This document shows, piece after piece, positions 45,436-56,000 of a DNA stretch of 64,000 bases; positions within the stretch are counted from its first letter, which is position 1, and every line of letters starts with the position of its first letter. The stretch comes from Armatimonadota bacterium (GTDB lineage Bacteria > Armatimonadota > Zipacnadia > Zipacnadales > UBA5352): contig JAYENL010000038.1 in NCBI GenBank assembly GCA_034722055.1, forward strand, positions 33,744 to 97,743. The letters are read 5' to 3'. The position numbers and the translations under genes are program-made. The notes under the pieces are model-generated. The model saw only the letters and a program-made list of their open reading frames with translations. It had not been told where the DNA came from and did no database searches.

Positions 45436-47397
45436 ATGGCCCGTGATGTGCTGACGCAGACACCCACGCAAGCCCGGCGCCGCCCCGCGGTGACCACCAG
45501 GGCGCTGGTGGTGGGCGCGGTGCTGATCCCCTTCAACGTCTACTGGGTCATGACGGTAGAGGGCATCTGGCACACGGGCCACCCGAGTGTCATGGCCCTC
45601 CCCTGGGGCGTGGTCTTCAACATCATCGTGCTTCTGCTGATCAACGCCCTGATCCGCCTCGTGCGGCCCCGCTGGGCCTTCACGCAGGCTGAGCTGGTCA
45701 CCATCTACGTCATGGTCTGCATCGCGGTGATGCTCTCGGGCCACGACACTCTCCAGCTCGGGGTCCCGAACCTCAGCCACGCCGCGTGGTACGCCACGGA
45801 GGCCAACGATTGGGAGAACCTCATCCAGCCGTACCTGCCGGAGTTTGCCACGGTCAACGATCTCAGCGTGCTGGAGCCGTTCTACGAGGGCCACGAGACG
45901 CTCTACCGGCCCGGCCGCGTCATGGCCTGGCTGTGGCCCGTGCTGTGGTGGGTGGCGGTCATCCTGGGCGTGGGCCTGGTCATGGTTGGCATCTGCGTGC
46001 TGCTCCGGCGGCAGTGGACGGAGCGCGAGAAGCTGGGCTACCCCATCGTGCAGCTTCCGCTGGCGATGACCGAGGATGGCGGCAGCCGCCGGTTCTTCGC
46101 CGACCGGGTGCTGTGGCTCGGCATCCTGCTGGCCGCCGGACTCGACCTCTACAACGGGCTGCACTACTTCTGGCCGGTGCTGCCCGTCGTGGATGTGAGG
46201 CACAACGGCAGCCACTACATCGACACCCGCCCGTGGGGGCTGCCGTGGAGCGCCATGGGCCGCATTCCGATTCCCCTCTATCCCTTCCTGATCGCGCTCG
46301 GCTTCATGATCCCGCTGGATCTGTGCTTCTCGATGTGGTTCTTCTACCTGTTCCGGAAGCTGCAGCAGGCGGGGGTGGCGGCCATCTCCGTGCCCATGAT
46401 GCCCGGGCTGCCCTATCTGACGGCCCAGTCCTTCGGCGCCTGGTTCGCCCTCTTCGCCTACGCCATGTGGATGGGGCGGCGCTTCCTGTCCGAGCTGTGG
46501 GAGAACATCAGGCAGTGGACCATCTCGGACAAGGTCGCGGCCGGCGACCCAATGAGCTACCGTGCGGCGCTCATGGCCATCATCGCCGGGCTGTCCTTCC
46601 TGGTGTTCTTCTGCATGCGGGCCGGGATGACGTTCGCGGCCGTGGCGCCGTTTCTGATCTTCGTCATCGTCATCCACACCGCGCTCACCCGCGTCCGCGC
46701 GGAGCTGGGGCCGCCAGCGCACGAGATGGCGGGCAACATGAACGCCGCGCACCTGGAGCTGATCTTCGCGGGCAGCCGGAATCTCGGCCCGCACAACCTG
46801 GTGATGTTCCCGCTCTTCTGGTGGCTGACCGGCCGCGGCTACCGGACCACGCCCATGCCGGTGCAGCTTGAGGGCTTCAAGATGGCCGAGGTCTCCGGGG
46901 CCGAGCCGCGGCGGCTGGCAGTCGGCATGGCCCTGGCCTTCCTGCTGGGCGGCTTCTTCAGCTACTGGGCGGCGATCCATCTCACCTACCTGCACGGGAA
47001 CTCGCCCCTCATCGGACACAACCGCGGACAGTGGAATCAGCTCGCCTCCTGGCTCACCTATCCCAGGGACCCAAGCTGGCAGCGCATGACCTTCATCGCC
47101 GTCGGCGGGCTGTTCACATGGGGGATGATGTGGATGCGGCTGCAGTTCTTGTGGTGGCCGCTGCACCCGGCGGGGTACGCTCTTGGCATGGTCTTCGGAG
47201 TGGAGTACTTCTGGAGCTGCCTGCTGATCGCGTGGGCGGTCAAGTGGGCGATTCTGCACTGGGGCGGCCAGCGGAACTATCAGCGCTTCGTCCCATTCGT
47301 CTACGGTGTGATCATCGGGGAGTACACCGTGGGGGCCTTCTGGAGCGCTATGAGCGTCATCCTCCAGCGCCCCCTCTACGACTTCTCGCCGGGATAG
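45436..47397 (+). CDS. DUF6785/DUF6784 polytopic membrane protein, paralogue 2
   Basis: Motifs RRQWTEREKLGYPIVQLP, RVRAELG and WWPLHPAGY. Confidence 0.85.
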   Translation: MARDVLTQTPTQARRRPAVTTRALVVGAVLIPFNVYWVMTVEGIWHTGHPSVMALPWGVVFNIIVLLLINALIRLVRPRWAFTQAELVTIYVMVCIAVMLSGHDTLQLGVPNLSHAAWYATEANDWENLIQPYLPEFATVNDLSVLEPFYEGHETLYRPGRVMAWLWPVLWWVAVILGVGLVMVGICVLLRRQWTEREKLGYPIVQLPLAMTEDGGSRRFFADRVLWLGILLAAGLDLYNGLHYFWPVLPVVDVRHNGSHYIDTRPWGLPWSAMGRIPIPLYPFLIALGFMIPLDLCFSMWFFYLFRKLQQAGVAAISVPMMPGLPYLTAQSFGAWFALFAYAMWMGRRFLSELWENIRQWTISDKVAAGDPMSYRAALMAIIAGLSFLVFFCMRAGMTFAAVAPFLIFVIVIHTALTRVRAELGPPAHEMAGNMNAAHLELIFAGSRNLGPHNLVMFPLFWWLTGRGYRTTPMPVQLEGFKMAEVSGAEPRRLAVGMALAFLLGGFFSYWAAIHLTYLHGNSPLIGHNRGQWNQLASWLTYPRDPSWQRMTFIAVGGLFTWGMMWMRLQFLWWPLHPAGYALGMVFGVEYFWSCLLIAWAVKWAILHWGGQRNYQRFVPFVYGVIIGEYTVGAFWSAMSVILQRPLYDFSPG

Positions 47398-47520
47398 AGT
47401 CCATCCGGCGTCCGATCGAAACGGCTCTGTCCGGCGTGCCCTGCGAGGCGCACGGGGGCGGCCACCTTCGGCCGCGCGTCCTGCCCACACTGCGAATTCA
47501 CAGCCCGGCCCCGGCTCGCG

Positions 47521-47549
47521 TTGCATCCACGGCACGTTTGTGATAGTAT
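47521..47549 (+). promoter_or_regulatory. Sigma70-type promoter for nadD (probably leaderless)
   Basis: TTGCAT-17 nt-TAGTAT with an extended-10 TG. The ATG lies 7 nt downstream with no SD. Confidence 0.6.
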
Positions 47550-47556
47550 CCCTGCA

Positions 47557-48219
47557 ATGGGCATCGACGAGATAAACCGGTCGAGGCGGCTCGCCGTCAT
47601 GGGCGGGACCTTCGACCCCATACACTATGTGCATCTGCTCATTGCCGAGGACGTCCGGGAGCGTTTCGAGCTGCCGCACGTCCTCTTCATGCCCTCAGGC
47701 AATCCACCCCACAAGCGGGACTACGAGGTCACCCCGGCCGAGGATCGCTACGTGATGGCCCTGCTGGCCACCGCCGGCAATCCGCACTTCTCCGTCTCCC
47801 GCCTGGAGATCGAGCGCCCCGGCCCCTCGTACACCATCGACACCATCCGCCAGCTCAAGGCGGAGCTGGGCGACGGGGCGCAGATCCTCTTCGTGACCGG
47901 GGCCGATGCGGTGCTGGAGATTCTCACCTGGCACCAACCGGACGCCATCCTGGAGGAGGCCCGGCTGGTGGCGGTGCCCAGGCCGGGCTTCGACCTGGAG
48001 CAGCTCGATGAAACGCTGGGGGCTGCACGCGCGTCAAAGGTAACGGTCATCGACGCTCCGCTGGCGGACATCTCCTCCACCATGATCCGTCGGCGCGTCG
48101 GCGCGGGCGAGTCCATCCGCTACCTGACGCCGCGGGCGGTCATCGACTACATCGAGAAGAGGCGGCTCTACCGGGCGCGCGTCCTGGAGCGCGAGTCCAT
48201 GGACGAAACGACAGCATGA
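47557..48219 (+). CDS. nadD: Nicotinate-nucleotide adenylyltransferase
   Basis: Motifs MGGTFDPIHYVH, PPHK, SYTIDT, TGAD and ISSTMIR. Syntenic with rsfS. Confidence 0.93.
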   Translation: MGIDEINRSRRLAVMGGTFDPIHYVHLLIAEDVRERFELPHVLFMPSGNPPHKRDYEVTPAEDRYVMALLATAGNPHFSVSRLEIERPGPSYTIDTIRQLKAELGDGAQILFVTGADAVLEILTWHQPDAILEEARLVAVPRPGFDLEQLDETLGAARASKVTVIDAPLADISSTMIRRRVGAGESIRYLTPRAVIDYIEKRRLYRARVLERESMDETTA

Positions 48220-49487
48220 GAGCATTCCTGGACTACCTCATATACGTGTGCGCGTTCTGCGTGATCGGTGTCGGGGCCCTGGGGGCCTGGGACGCCGTGT
48301 CGCATCAGCCGCCGGTGCTGCTGACCGGGGGCGCGGGCGAGGCGGTGGAGGATGCCACCTCGGTATTGCCCGAGCCCTTCCCGGGCCGCAACAAGATCAC
48401 GGTGCTGATCGTGGGGGCCGACGAGCGGCCGGAGCTGGGGGACAAGGGACGCTCGGACACCATGATCCTGCTGTTCGTGAACCCGCGCACGAACCAGGCG
48501 GCGATGCTGTCGATTCCGCGTGACCTCTACGTCCGCATCCCCGGCCACGGCAGGGACCGCATCAACCACGCCTTCTACTTCGGCGGCGTGGACCTGATCA
48601 GGGAGACCGTGGAGGACGAGTTCGAGGTGGATATCGACTACTGGGCGAAGGTGAATCTGGCCAACTTCGTTGAGATCGTGGACTCCCTCGGCGGCGTGGA
48701 GATCGACGTCCCGGACGTCGAGGGTCGGGGGCGAGGCATGAACTACGATGACGAAGGCGGCAAGCTGCACATCCACCTCAAGCCCGGCCGCCAGCACCTC
48801 GACGGCGAGCAGGCCATGGGCTTCGTACGCTACCGCAAGAGCAACACGCCCGGGCTCGGCGACGGCGACTTCAAGCGCTCCGAGCGCCAGCACCAGTTCC
48901 TCAAGGCCATGGCGGAGCAGAAGCTGAAGCTGCGGAATGTGCCGCAACTGATGAGGCTGCCGCTGAAGATCCTCGAGGCCGTTGATACGAACATGAGCTG
49001 GCGGGAGGCCGTGGACATGGCGCGGGCGATCCGCAAGGTGCGGCCCGACTGCCTCATGTCCGCCAGTCTGCAGCCCTATCTCAGATCGCTGCGTGTGAGA
49101 GACATGGCGCTGGTGGACATCAGCGACTCCGACATCAACAGGGTCCTCAGCGAGATCAACCAGCATCTGCGGTCGATCCCCGGACAGATCAATCTGGTCG
49201 AGGTGCTCAACGGCTCCGGCGAGACGGGCGCGGCGGCCACCGTGGGCGAGGTGCTGTCGGAGGCGGGCTTTGAGATCATCGACACCGCCAACGCTGACAG
49301 CTTCGACCATCAGCGGACGCTGATCTACCACCCCGATGACGGCCTCAGCGCCGCCCGCCGCGCGCAGAGGACGCTGGGGGCCGGCGAGCTGGTGGAGATC
49401 GACGAGAGCGCCGGCTACAGCCCCGATCGGATCACCATCATCGTGGGCTCCGACGTGGCGATCACCACCATGCAAACGGCGGGGTAG
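48216..49487 (+). CDS. LCP (LytR-CpsA-Psr) family protein with LytR C-terminal domain
   Basis: Motifs GRSDTM, LSIPRD, FVRYR, GDFKRSERQ and C-terminal VEVLNG...IIVGSD. Confidence 0.92.
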   Translation: MRAFLDYLIYVCAFCVIGVGALGAWDAVSHQPPVLLTGGAGEAVEDATSVLPEPFPGRNKITVLIVGADERPELGDKGRSDTMILLFVNPRTNQAAMLSIPRDLYVRIPGHGRDRINHAFYFGGVDLIRETVEDEFEVDIDYWAKVNLANFVEIVDSLGGVEIDVPDVEGRGRGMNYDDEGGKLHIHLKPGRQHLDGEQAMGFVRYRKSNTPGLGDGDFKRSERQHQFLKAMAEQKLKLRNVPQLMRLPLKILEAVDTNMSWREAVDMARAIRKVRPDCLMSASLQPYLRSLRVRDMALVDISDSDINRVLSEINQHLRSIPGQINLVEVLNGSGETGAAATVGEVLSEAGFEIIDTANADSFDHQRTLIYHPDDGLSAARRAQRTLGAGELVEIDESAGYSPDRITIIVGSDVAITTMQTAG

Positions 49488-49523
49488 TCGCATCAGCTTT
49501 CATGTCAAGGGAGGCGCAGCGTA

Positions 49524-49898
49524 TTGGAGCTTGAGCCGAAGGAGAAGGCCCTGCGTGTCGCGGAGGCTGCCGATGACAGACGTGCACAGAACCTGACCAT
49601 CCTGGACATGCGCGGGCTGATGACCATCTGCGACTACTTCGTCATCTGCAACGGCCGCTCCAGGCTTCACGTCAACGCCATCTCCGAGGAGATCGACGAA
49701 CAGATGGGGGCCATGGGAGTGGAGCCTCAGCACATCGAGGGCATCCCGGACTCAAGCTGGGTCATCCTTGACTACCTTGACGTTGTGGTACACGTCTTCG
49801 AGCCGGAGGCCCGCCGCTTCTACAACCTCGAGGGCCTCTGGGGCGACGCCGCGCGGGTGGAGGTGCCCGCCCGCGAGGGCAGCGGCACCCAAGGGTAG
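49524..49898 (+). CDS. rsfS: Ribosome silencing factor
   Basis: Motifs CDYFVICNG, WVILDYLDVVVHVF and RRFYNLEGLW. Confidence 0.95.
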   Translation: MELEPKEKALRVAEAADDRRAQNLTILDMRGLMTICDYFVICNGRSRLHVNAISEEIDEQMGAMGVEPQHIEGIPDSSWVILDYLDVVVHVFEPEARRFYNLEGLWGDAARVEVPAREGSGTQG

Positions 49899-49912
49899 GG
49901 AAGGCCACCGCC

Positions 49913-50650
49913 ATGCGGCCCGATGACGCCGACGAGCTGGAGGAGATGCAGCGCCAGCACGAGCTGGGCCGGCTGGTCAGCCGCACCAAGCGGGCCATCG
50001 ACATGGGGCGCCTCCAGCAAGCCCAGCAGTTCGCCCACCAGGCCGCGGAGCTGGCCCCCGACACCACCACCGTCGAGGAGCTGCTGGGCGACCTCGCCAT
50101 GGCCAAGCGGGAGTATACCGCCGCCCGCGATCACTACCAGCGGGCGCTGGAGATCGAGCCCATCAACGCGGACGCAGAGGAGAAGCTCGGCGAGGCCGTC
50201 CTGCACATCCAGGAGGGCTCCCGGCTGCGCCAGCGGATGGAGGAGGCCGTCGATCACCCCGAGGAGTACAAGGGCTTCCGCCGCAACCCCGTGCTGGCCG
50301 CCTTCTACTCCGTGATCCCCGGCCTCGGCCAGCTCTACAACCACGAGTACGAGAAGGGCCTGGCCATGGCCGGCGTGGCCATGCTGCTGCTGGCCTGGAT
50401 CCTCTCCAAGCTGCTCACCTACTTCGGCGTCAACCTCATTGCCACCCGCGCAACGAACCCCCAGCTCGAGCGTGAGGCCGCCCGGCAGGTGGTGGAGGGC
50501 TACGGCCCGCTGACCTGGACGCTGATCGTGCTCGCCATCGCCGCCTATCTCGCCATCTGGATCTACAGCATCGTGGACGCCTACCGCGTGTGCACCGAGC
50601 AGGCCCGCGAGGCCGACGAGCTGGGCGTCGAGCTCGAGCCCGAACGGTAG
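49913..50650 (+). CDS. TPR-containing membrane protein
   Basis: TPR LLGDLAM...YQRALEIEP, then NPVLAAFYSVIPGLGQLYN and two TM helices. Confidence 0.8.
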   Translation: MRPDDADELEEMQRQHELGRLVSRTKRAIDMGRLQQAQQFAHQAAELAPDTTTVEELLGDLAMAKREYTAARDHYQRALEIEPINADAEEKLGEAVLHIQEGSRLRQRMEEAVDHPEEYKGFRRNPVLAAFYSVIPGLGQLYNHEYEKGLAMAGVAMLLLAWILSKLLTYFGVNLIATRATNPQLEREAARQVVEGYGPLTWTLIVLAIAAYLAIWIYSIVDAYRVCTEQAREADELGVELEPER

Positions 50651-50873
50651 CCGATCTCTCCCCGATGGGCCCGCGCCCCACAGCGGGAGCTGCGCCGGCG
50701 GGGCGGGGAGCTTGCATAGATCACCGGCGCGCGGGGCTCGGCATGGGAGGTGCAGGGGCCGACGACTGAAGGCAGTCTTCCCTTCATCGCCTGGTGTGAC
50801 GGGCAACCTCCCCCTCAAGCTCAGCGGCCGGACGGCCCCTTGTGCGCAGGCCGGGCAAGCAGAGCGCTCAGGA

Positions 50874-51986
50874 TCATCCCACGGTGCTATCCGTCATTCG
50901 CTCCGGCCTGAGAATGAACATGCCTCCCTCTTCGTCGAAGAAGATGCCGCGGCCGATGATGTCGCCGCGGTTGTTGACGGCCCGCGCCACCACAAGCTCC
51001 CAGCTTGACATAGGGTCGATGCAATCGTTGAGGTCCATGGCCTGATCGCCTATCCACAGCACGGCTCGCGGTCCACTCCCGACGGCGGCCCCGACGATCC
51101 AGCCCTTGTCGCTGATGTCACACGCCCAATAGATACACGCGCCAGCGGGTCGTGGCAGCTCGCGCATCCCGGTCTCGCTGCTGTACGCGAAGGCCCGAAG
51201 CCGACCGTCATCGCGAGCGAATGCGCGGCCAACGACCATTCCGGCATCATTGATCGCAACGGCGCGGCTGACGCCCGCGGACGGAGGCGCCACCCAGGTC
51301 ATCGCATAGCTCCCGTCGGCCTGAGGCTCCCATACGCAGGCCCTCTCCATCGGGCCCGAGCCGACGTAGCCTGCGACCTGACCCATGTCGTTGATGTCCT
51401 TGGCGCGGCCTGGCGACGCGCCCAAGCTTACAGCCGCCCCGCCCCGGTCCCACACCGCCGGCTCCCATGTGCCGTCGGCAAGCCTGATGGCGCCCACGAC
51501 CTGTCCGAGATTGTTCATGCCACACACGTCACACCTGGAGTCCGCCATGCTGGTGCGCAGCTCCAGATCGACGCTCTCTCCGTCGGGATCACACAGCAAC
51601 CCCCTGCAGACGAACTCGCCCACGGGATCTGTCGCGAGGCACGCAACGCGACCGGCCGCATCCACGGCCACGCCGCGAGAGGTCCCGGCGCCGGGGATGC
51701 CGAGATCGACGATCCGGCCGTCATTCCAGATGACCGCTCGCTGTTGCCCCTGCTGGCTCGCGGACCCGGTGGCTCGGCCGGCGTCGTTGATGTCGCTGAC
51801 GGCGATCCACCCGCCGTCAAGACCCATCAGACCGCTGACAACGAAGCTCACCTGAGGGGCGCCGCTGGATTGGGCTGCCGCGCCGAACCCCAGCGACGGC
51901 ACTTTACCGCAGACAGCGACCATCACTCCGCACAGCGAGATCGCAAGCACGCTCGCCAACGCCGCCCTGCGCACCAGTGCCGTCAT
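50874..51986 (-). CDS. Secreted HAF-type extracellular repeat protein
   Basis: Signal peptide and repeated INDxGxVVG units. Confidence 0.8.
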   Translation of the reverse strand: MTALVRRAALASVLAISLCGVMVAVCGKVPSLGFGAAAQSSGAPQVSFVVSGLMGLDGGWIAVSDINDAGRATGSASQQGQQRAVIWNDGRIVDLGIPGAGTSRGVAVDAAGRVACLATDPVGEFVCRGLLCDPDGESVDLELRTSMADSRCDVCGMNNLGQVVGAIRLADGTWEPAVWDRGGAAVSLGASPGRAKDINDMGQVAGYVGSGPMERACVWEPQADGSYAMTWVAPPSAGVSRAVAINDAGMVVGRAFARDDGRLRAFAYSSETGMRELPRPAGACIYWACDISDKGWIVGAAVGSGPRAVLWIGDQAMDLNDCIDPMSSWELVVARAVNNRGDIIGRGIFFDEEGGMFILRPERMTDSTVG

Positions 51987-51991
51987 CCGCG

Positions 51992-52672
51992 CTACCTCCC
52001 ATTCTCCGCTTCCTGCCGCCCGGAAGCCCGGCCTCGACGTTCCCCTCTGGCCCTCGGCCGGAACTGCATCAGCTCATCCTTGCTGACCCGCCCGTCTTCG
52101 TCCGCGTCCGCCCTCATCACGCGGTCCGCCAGCTCCTCCGGCAGCTCCTCCCGCGTCAGGAGCTCGTCACCGTTACTGTCGTACTGCTCGAAGAGGCGCT
52201 GGCCGCGGCGCCCGCCTCGCCGCTCTCGGAATCCAGCGCCCTCTCCAGCCAGCCCCTGCGGCCCCTCCCGGACAGCCCGCCTCTCGTCCGGCCCGCCAGG
52301 CGGAGCGTCCTCCACGGGCGTCGCCCGCTGTGTCTCTCCGGCGCGACTCGGGGCAGGCGGCTGCGCAGACGTCTCCTCCACCTCTCGAGTCCGCGGTGCC
52401 GGCGGCCTCTCCACTGGCGCCGCCTGCTGGGCTGCGGGCTCTGATTCAGGTGTGCCGGCCTCCGCAGCCGCTTGGCCCTCAGGCTCCTCGACCTGTGGCT
52501 CATCGCCTCCCGGCGCCATGTCAGCCGACGGTGCGTCCACGCCCGGGACCTCGTTCCCGGGGCCGACGGCCGGCTTCGTGCACCCCGAGATTGCCAGGCA
52601 GACAACCACAGCGGCGGTGACGGCGGCGAAGTATACCCTCACGACGACTGCTCCTCGCTCCTGCCTCGTCAT
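51992..52672 (-). CDS. EF-hand lipoprotein with a low-complexity linker
   Basis: Lipobox LAISGC. EF-hands YDSNGDELLTREE and DADEDGRVSKDE. Alternative start GTG 52642. Confidence 0.75.
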   Translation of the reverse strand: MTRQERGAVVVRVYFAAVTAAVVVCLAISGCTKPAVGPGNEVPGVDAPSADMAPGGDEPQVEEPEGQAAAEAGTPESEPAAQQAAPVERPPAPRTREVEETSAQPPAPSRAGETQRATPVEDAPPGGPDERRAVREGPQGLAGEGAGFRERRGGRRGQRLFEQYDSNGDELLTREELPEELADRVMRADADEDGRVSKDELMQFRPRARGERRGRASGRQEAENGR

Positions 52673-52697
52673 CTCGCTCCCTCCTGCGACGACCTTC

Positions 52698-52734
52698 TCT
52701 CCGCAATGGTTCGGTTGCGGAGACAACCTTTTTT
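52698..52734 (+). terminator. Terminator-like hairpin followed by a T-run
   Basis: TCTCCGCAA-8 nt-TTGCGGAGA, then T6 after 5 nt. Confidence 0.35.
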
Positions 52735-53033
52735 GCTCTGCTATTCGGCAAGGACGGAGCACGGGCGCAGCAGATTCCATGTTCTTCCCGTACGCCGGGG
52801 TCCGTGCGAGGAAATTGCCGCCGGGAGGCCTGCGACGGCCCGGGGCGGGGGCGGTCTGTCCGCCGCCCGGATGTCCCGCGGCCGCGATGCAGGTGCTCGT
52901 CAGGGGCCGGAGAAGGCCTATCGGCGCAGCAGGCCGACCGGCCCTGGTGGCCGGTGTGCCGGAAGCTGGAGTGGAGCGACAGGAGGCCAGGCCGGCCTGA
53001 TGCGTTCTGGGGGCCGGGTCAGGAGGCATGGTC

Positions 53034-56000
53034 ATGCGTGTGAGGACACTTCTGCGCGTGTTGGTGGTGGCTATCGCTGTTGCGGGGTGTGACGCTATGG
53101 TGGAGCCACAGGACATCGATCCCGGCTTCGAGCCCGAGCTTGTGGACGTCAGCTTCACATCGCGCCAGATCCGCCCCGGCGACCAGTTCGCCATGACCAT
53201 CCGCTTCCGCAACGGCGGCGAGCGTCCGGCGAGGGCGGACTACATGGTCTTCGTGCACTTCGAGGCCCCGGAGGCGAGCTGCGAGGACATCGTCTTTCAG
53301 GCCGACCACCCGCCGACCGTTCCCACCTCCATGTGGCAGCCCGGCGAGGTCATCACCGAGGGTCCCCATGTCCTCCGCGCGCCCGAGGACCGGCCGGAGC
53401 AGCAGTACTTCGTCCATATCGGCGTCTACGACCATCTGGAGACCGGCGAGCGCCTGCTGGAGACCTATGAGGGCGGGAAGATCGCGGTGACCAGCGACGC
53501 GCCGCCGTCCGAGAGCATGGCCCCCGAGCCGCTGCCGGACGTCGAGGTGGCGCGGCGGCGAGAGGCCATGCGCCAGCGGGTATCCGCGGACGCGGCGGCC
53601 TCCCTCGAGACCGAGGACTGGCGCTTTCTGCTCGACCCGGACACGACCGCGTGGCTGCTGGAGGACAGGCGCACCGGCGTGGTCTGGGCGTCGCGGCCGG
53701 ATGCGGCGCGCTTCGGCCAGATCCTGCTGCGCAGCGGCGAGCGCAGCTTCCAGTATCACATTGTCGGCTTCGAGGAGGTCAGCGAGGAGCCGGGCGCCCT
53801 GCGTCTTACGGTGCGTCCGAGGGCCTACGGCGAGCCGACCGGCGTCACGGTCACCTTCACGGTGGAGCCCGTGGCCGACCCCGGCGGCCTGCGCATCAGC
53901 TACGCCTCAGAGGAGGAGGGCCAGTGGCGGGTCGCCCAGGTGACGCCGCTCGACGGGGCGCTGTGGGTGACGGAGGCGGATGACGGGCGGCTCTATGTGC
54001 CGCACAGGCTGGGCATCGAGCTGCCGGCGAATGAGGGGGTTCCGGGCCGTCAGAGCTGGACCACGTACAACAACCTGTCGATGGCGATGTGCGGGGCGGT
54101 CAAGCAGGGATCGGCGCTGCTGGTCAACTGGGAGAAGGTGGACACGCATCTGCGGATGGAGACATCGTGGCCTGATGCGCCGGCGGTTCCGGGCCGGCGG
54201 ATGCGGGCGCTGACGCTGACGATGGAGGAGCCCGCGGCCGCCTTCAGCCTACACCCGCTCGGCGAGGGTGGGTACATGGAGATCGCCCGCGCTTACCGGC
54301 CCCTCGCCGAGGCCAAGGGCTGGCGGCAGACCTGGGCCGAGAAGCGCCGGGACTTCCCGTCGGTGGACCGCATCTTCGGAGCGGCGGACTTCAAGCCCTT
54401 CGTCTTCTCCCGCGTGCTGCCGAGCTCACGCTTCAACGACACCGATCAGGAGCGCACGCACCTGGGCTTCACCTTCGAGGAGGTGGCGCGGTGCGCCGAG
54501 CACTGGCGCCACGATCTGGAGATCGACCGGGCCTTCGTGGTGATGGCGGGATGGATCAACGGAGGCTATGACGTCCGGCACCCGGATATCCTGCCGGCCG
54601 CGCCGGAGTGTGGCGGCAACGAGGCCCTGCAGGAGGCCATCGCGCGCATCAAACGGTGCGGATACCTGGTGGGGATGCATGACAACTACCAGGACATGTA
54701 CCGCGACGCGCCCTCCTGGGATGAGGAGTATATCAACACGGACCGGCAGGGGCGGCTCAAGCGCGGCGGCAATTGGAACGGCGGGCAGGCCTGGCAGGTC
54801 TGTGCCATCAAGCAGGTGGAGCTGGCCGCGCGCGAGGACAGCAACCTGCCGCGCGTCGCCCAGCTCTTTGACCCCACCATCTACTTCATCGACACCACCT
54901 TCGCCTGGCCGCTGGTCACCTGCCACGACCCCGACCACCCCATGACCCGGCGCGACGACCTGGAGTGGAAGACCAAGCTGTGCATGCTCGCCAAGCAGCA
55001 CTTCGGGCTGTTCGGCAGCGAGGAGGGCCGGGAGTGGTCGGTGCCCTGCGCGGACTACCTGGAGGGCATCTTCGGGCATCGGACCGACAACCCGCCCGGT
55101 GACGTTATCCCCCTGTTCCCGCTGGTCTACAGCGACTGCGTACAGATCATGACCCACCAGGGCAACCGCATAGCGGCCGGCGACGAGAAGAAGATGGCCG
55201 ACCACATCCTCTTCGCCGAGATGCACCTGCCGCGCTTCGGCAACCACCTCTACTGGCAGGACGCGGAGCGCAACCGTGTCCCGGTGGTGCCTCTGGAGCC
55301 GCTGGTGGAGCAGGTCGGCGACCGCAGTGTCGCCATCACCTATCGGTGGCGCGTGGAGGGCACCATCGAGGAGGACCTGCGGACCTTCGTGCACTTCACC
55401 CACCCGGCGGCCACCCGGCCCGAGGACATCGCCTTCCAGGACGACCACCTGCCTGACCCGCCCACGTCGCAGTGGCAGCCGGGGTCGATCGTGGAGGTCG
55501 GGCCCCGCACGGTGGAGGTGCCCCAGCAGTTCGACGGCCGCAGCGCGCTGCTGGTGGGCATGACCTCCGACGCCGGCCGGGTGCTGCTCTCGGACGTGCA
55601 GCACAGCAACCGGCGCTACCAGCTTGGGAGCATCGTCACGGCCGAGGAGGGCATCCGGTTCCAGCCGGCCGACGGCGGCCGAGTGCGGGAGCTGTGGTCG
55701 CGCAGCGACGGCGGCTGGGCGGAGGGCATGTGCATCACCGACGTGGTGATCAAGAACACCTGGGAGGTCCTCAGCCCGCTGAACGTCATTACCGCCGAGG
55801 AGGCGCTCGCCAGCCACGAGTTCCTCAGCGACGACCGCCTGGTGCAGCGCACGCGCTTCGGCGACGTGACCATCATCGTGGCCTATGAGAGGCCGGCCAA
55901 GATCGACGGCACCACGCTGCCTCCCTACGGCTTCATCGTCCAGAGCCCGACGTTCGTGGCCTTCTGCGCCACGAGCTACGCGGGCGTTGAATACGACACG

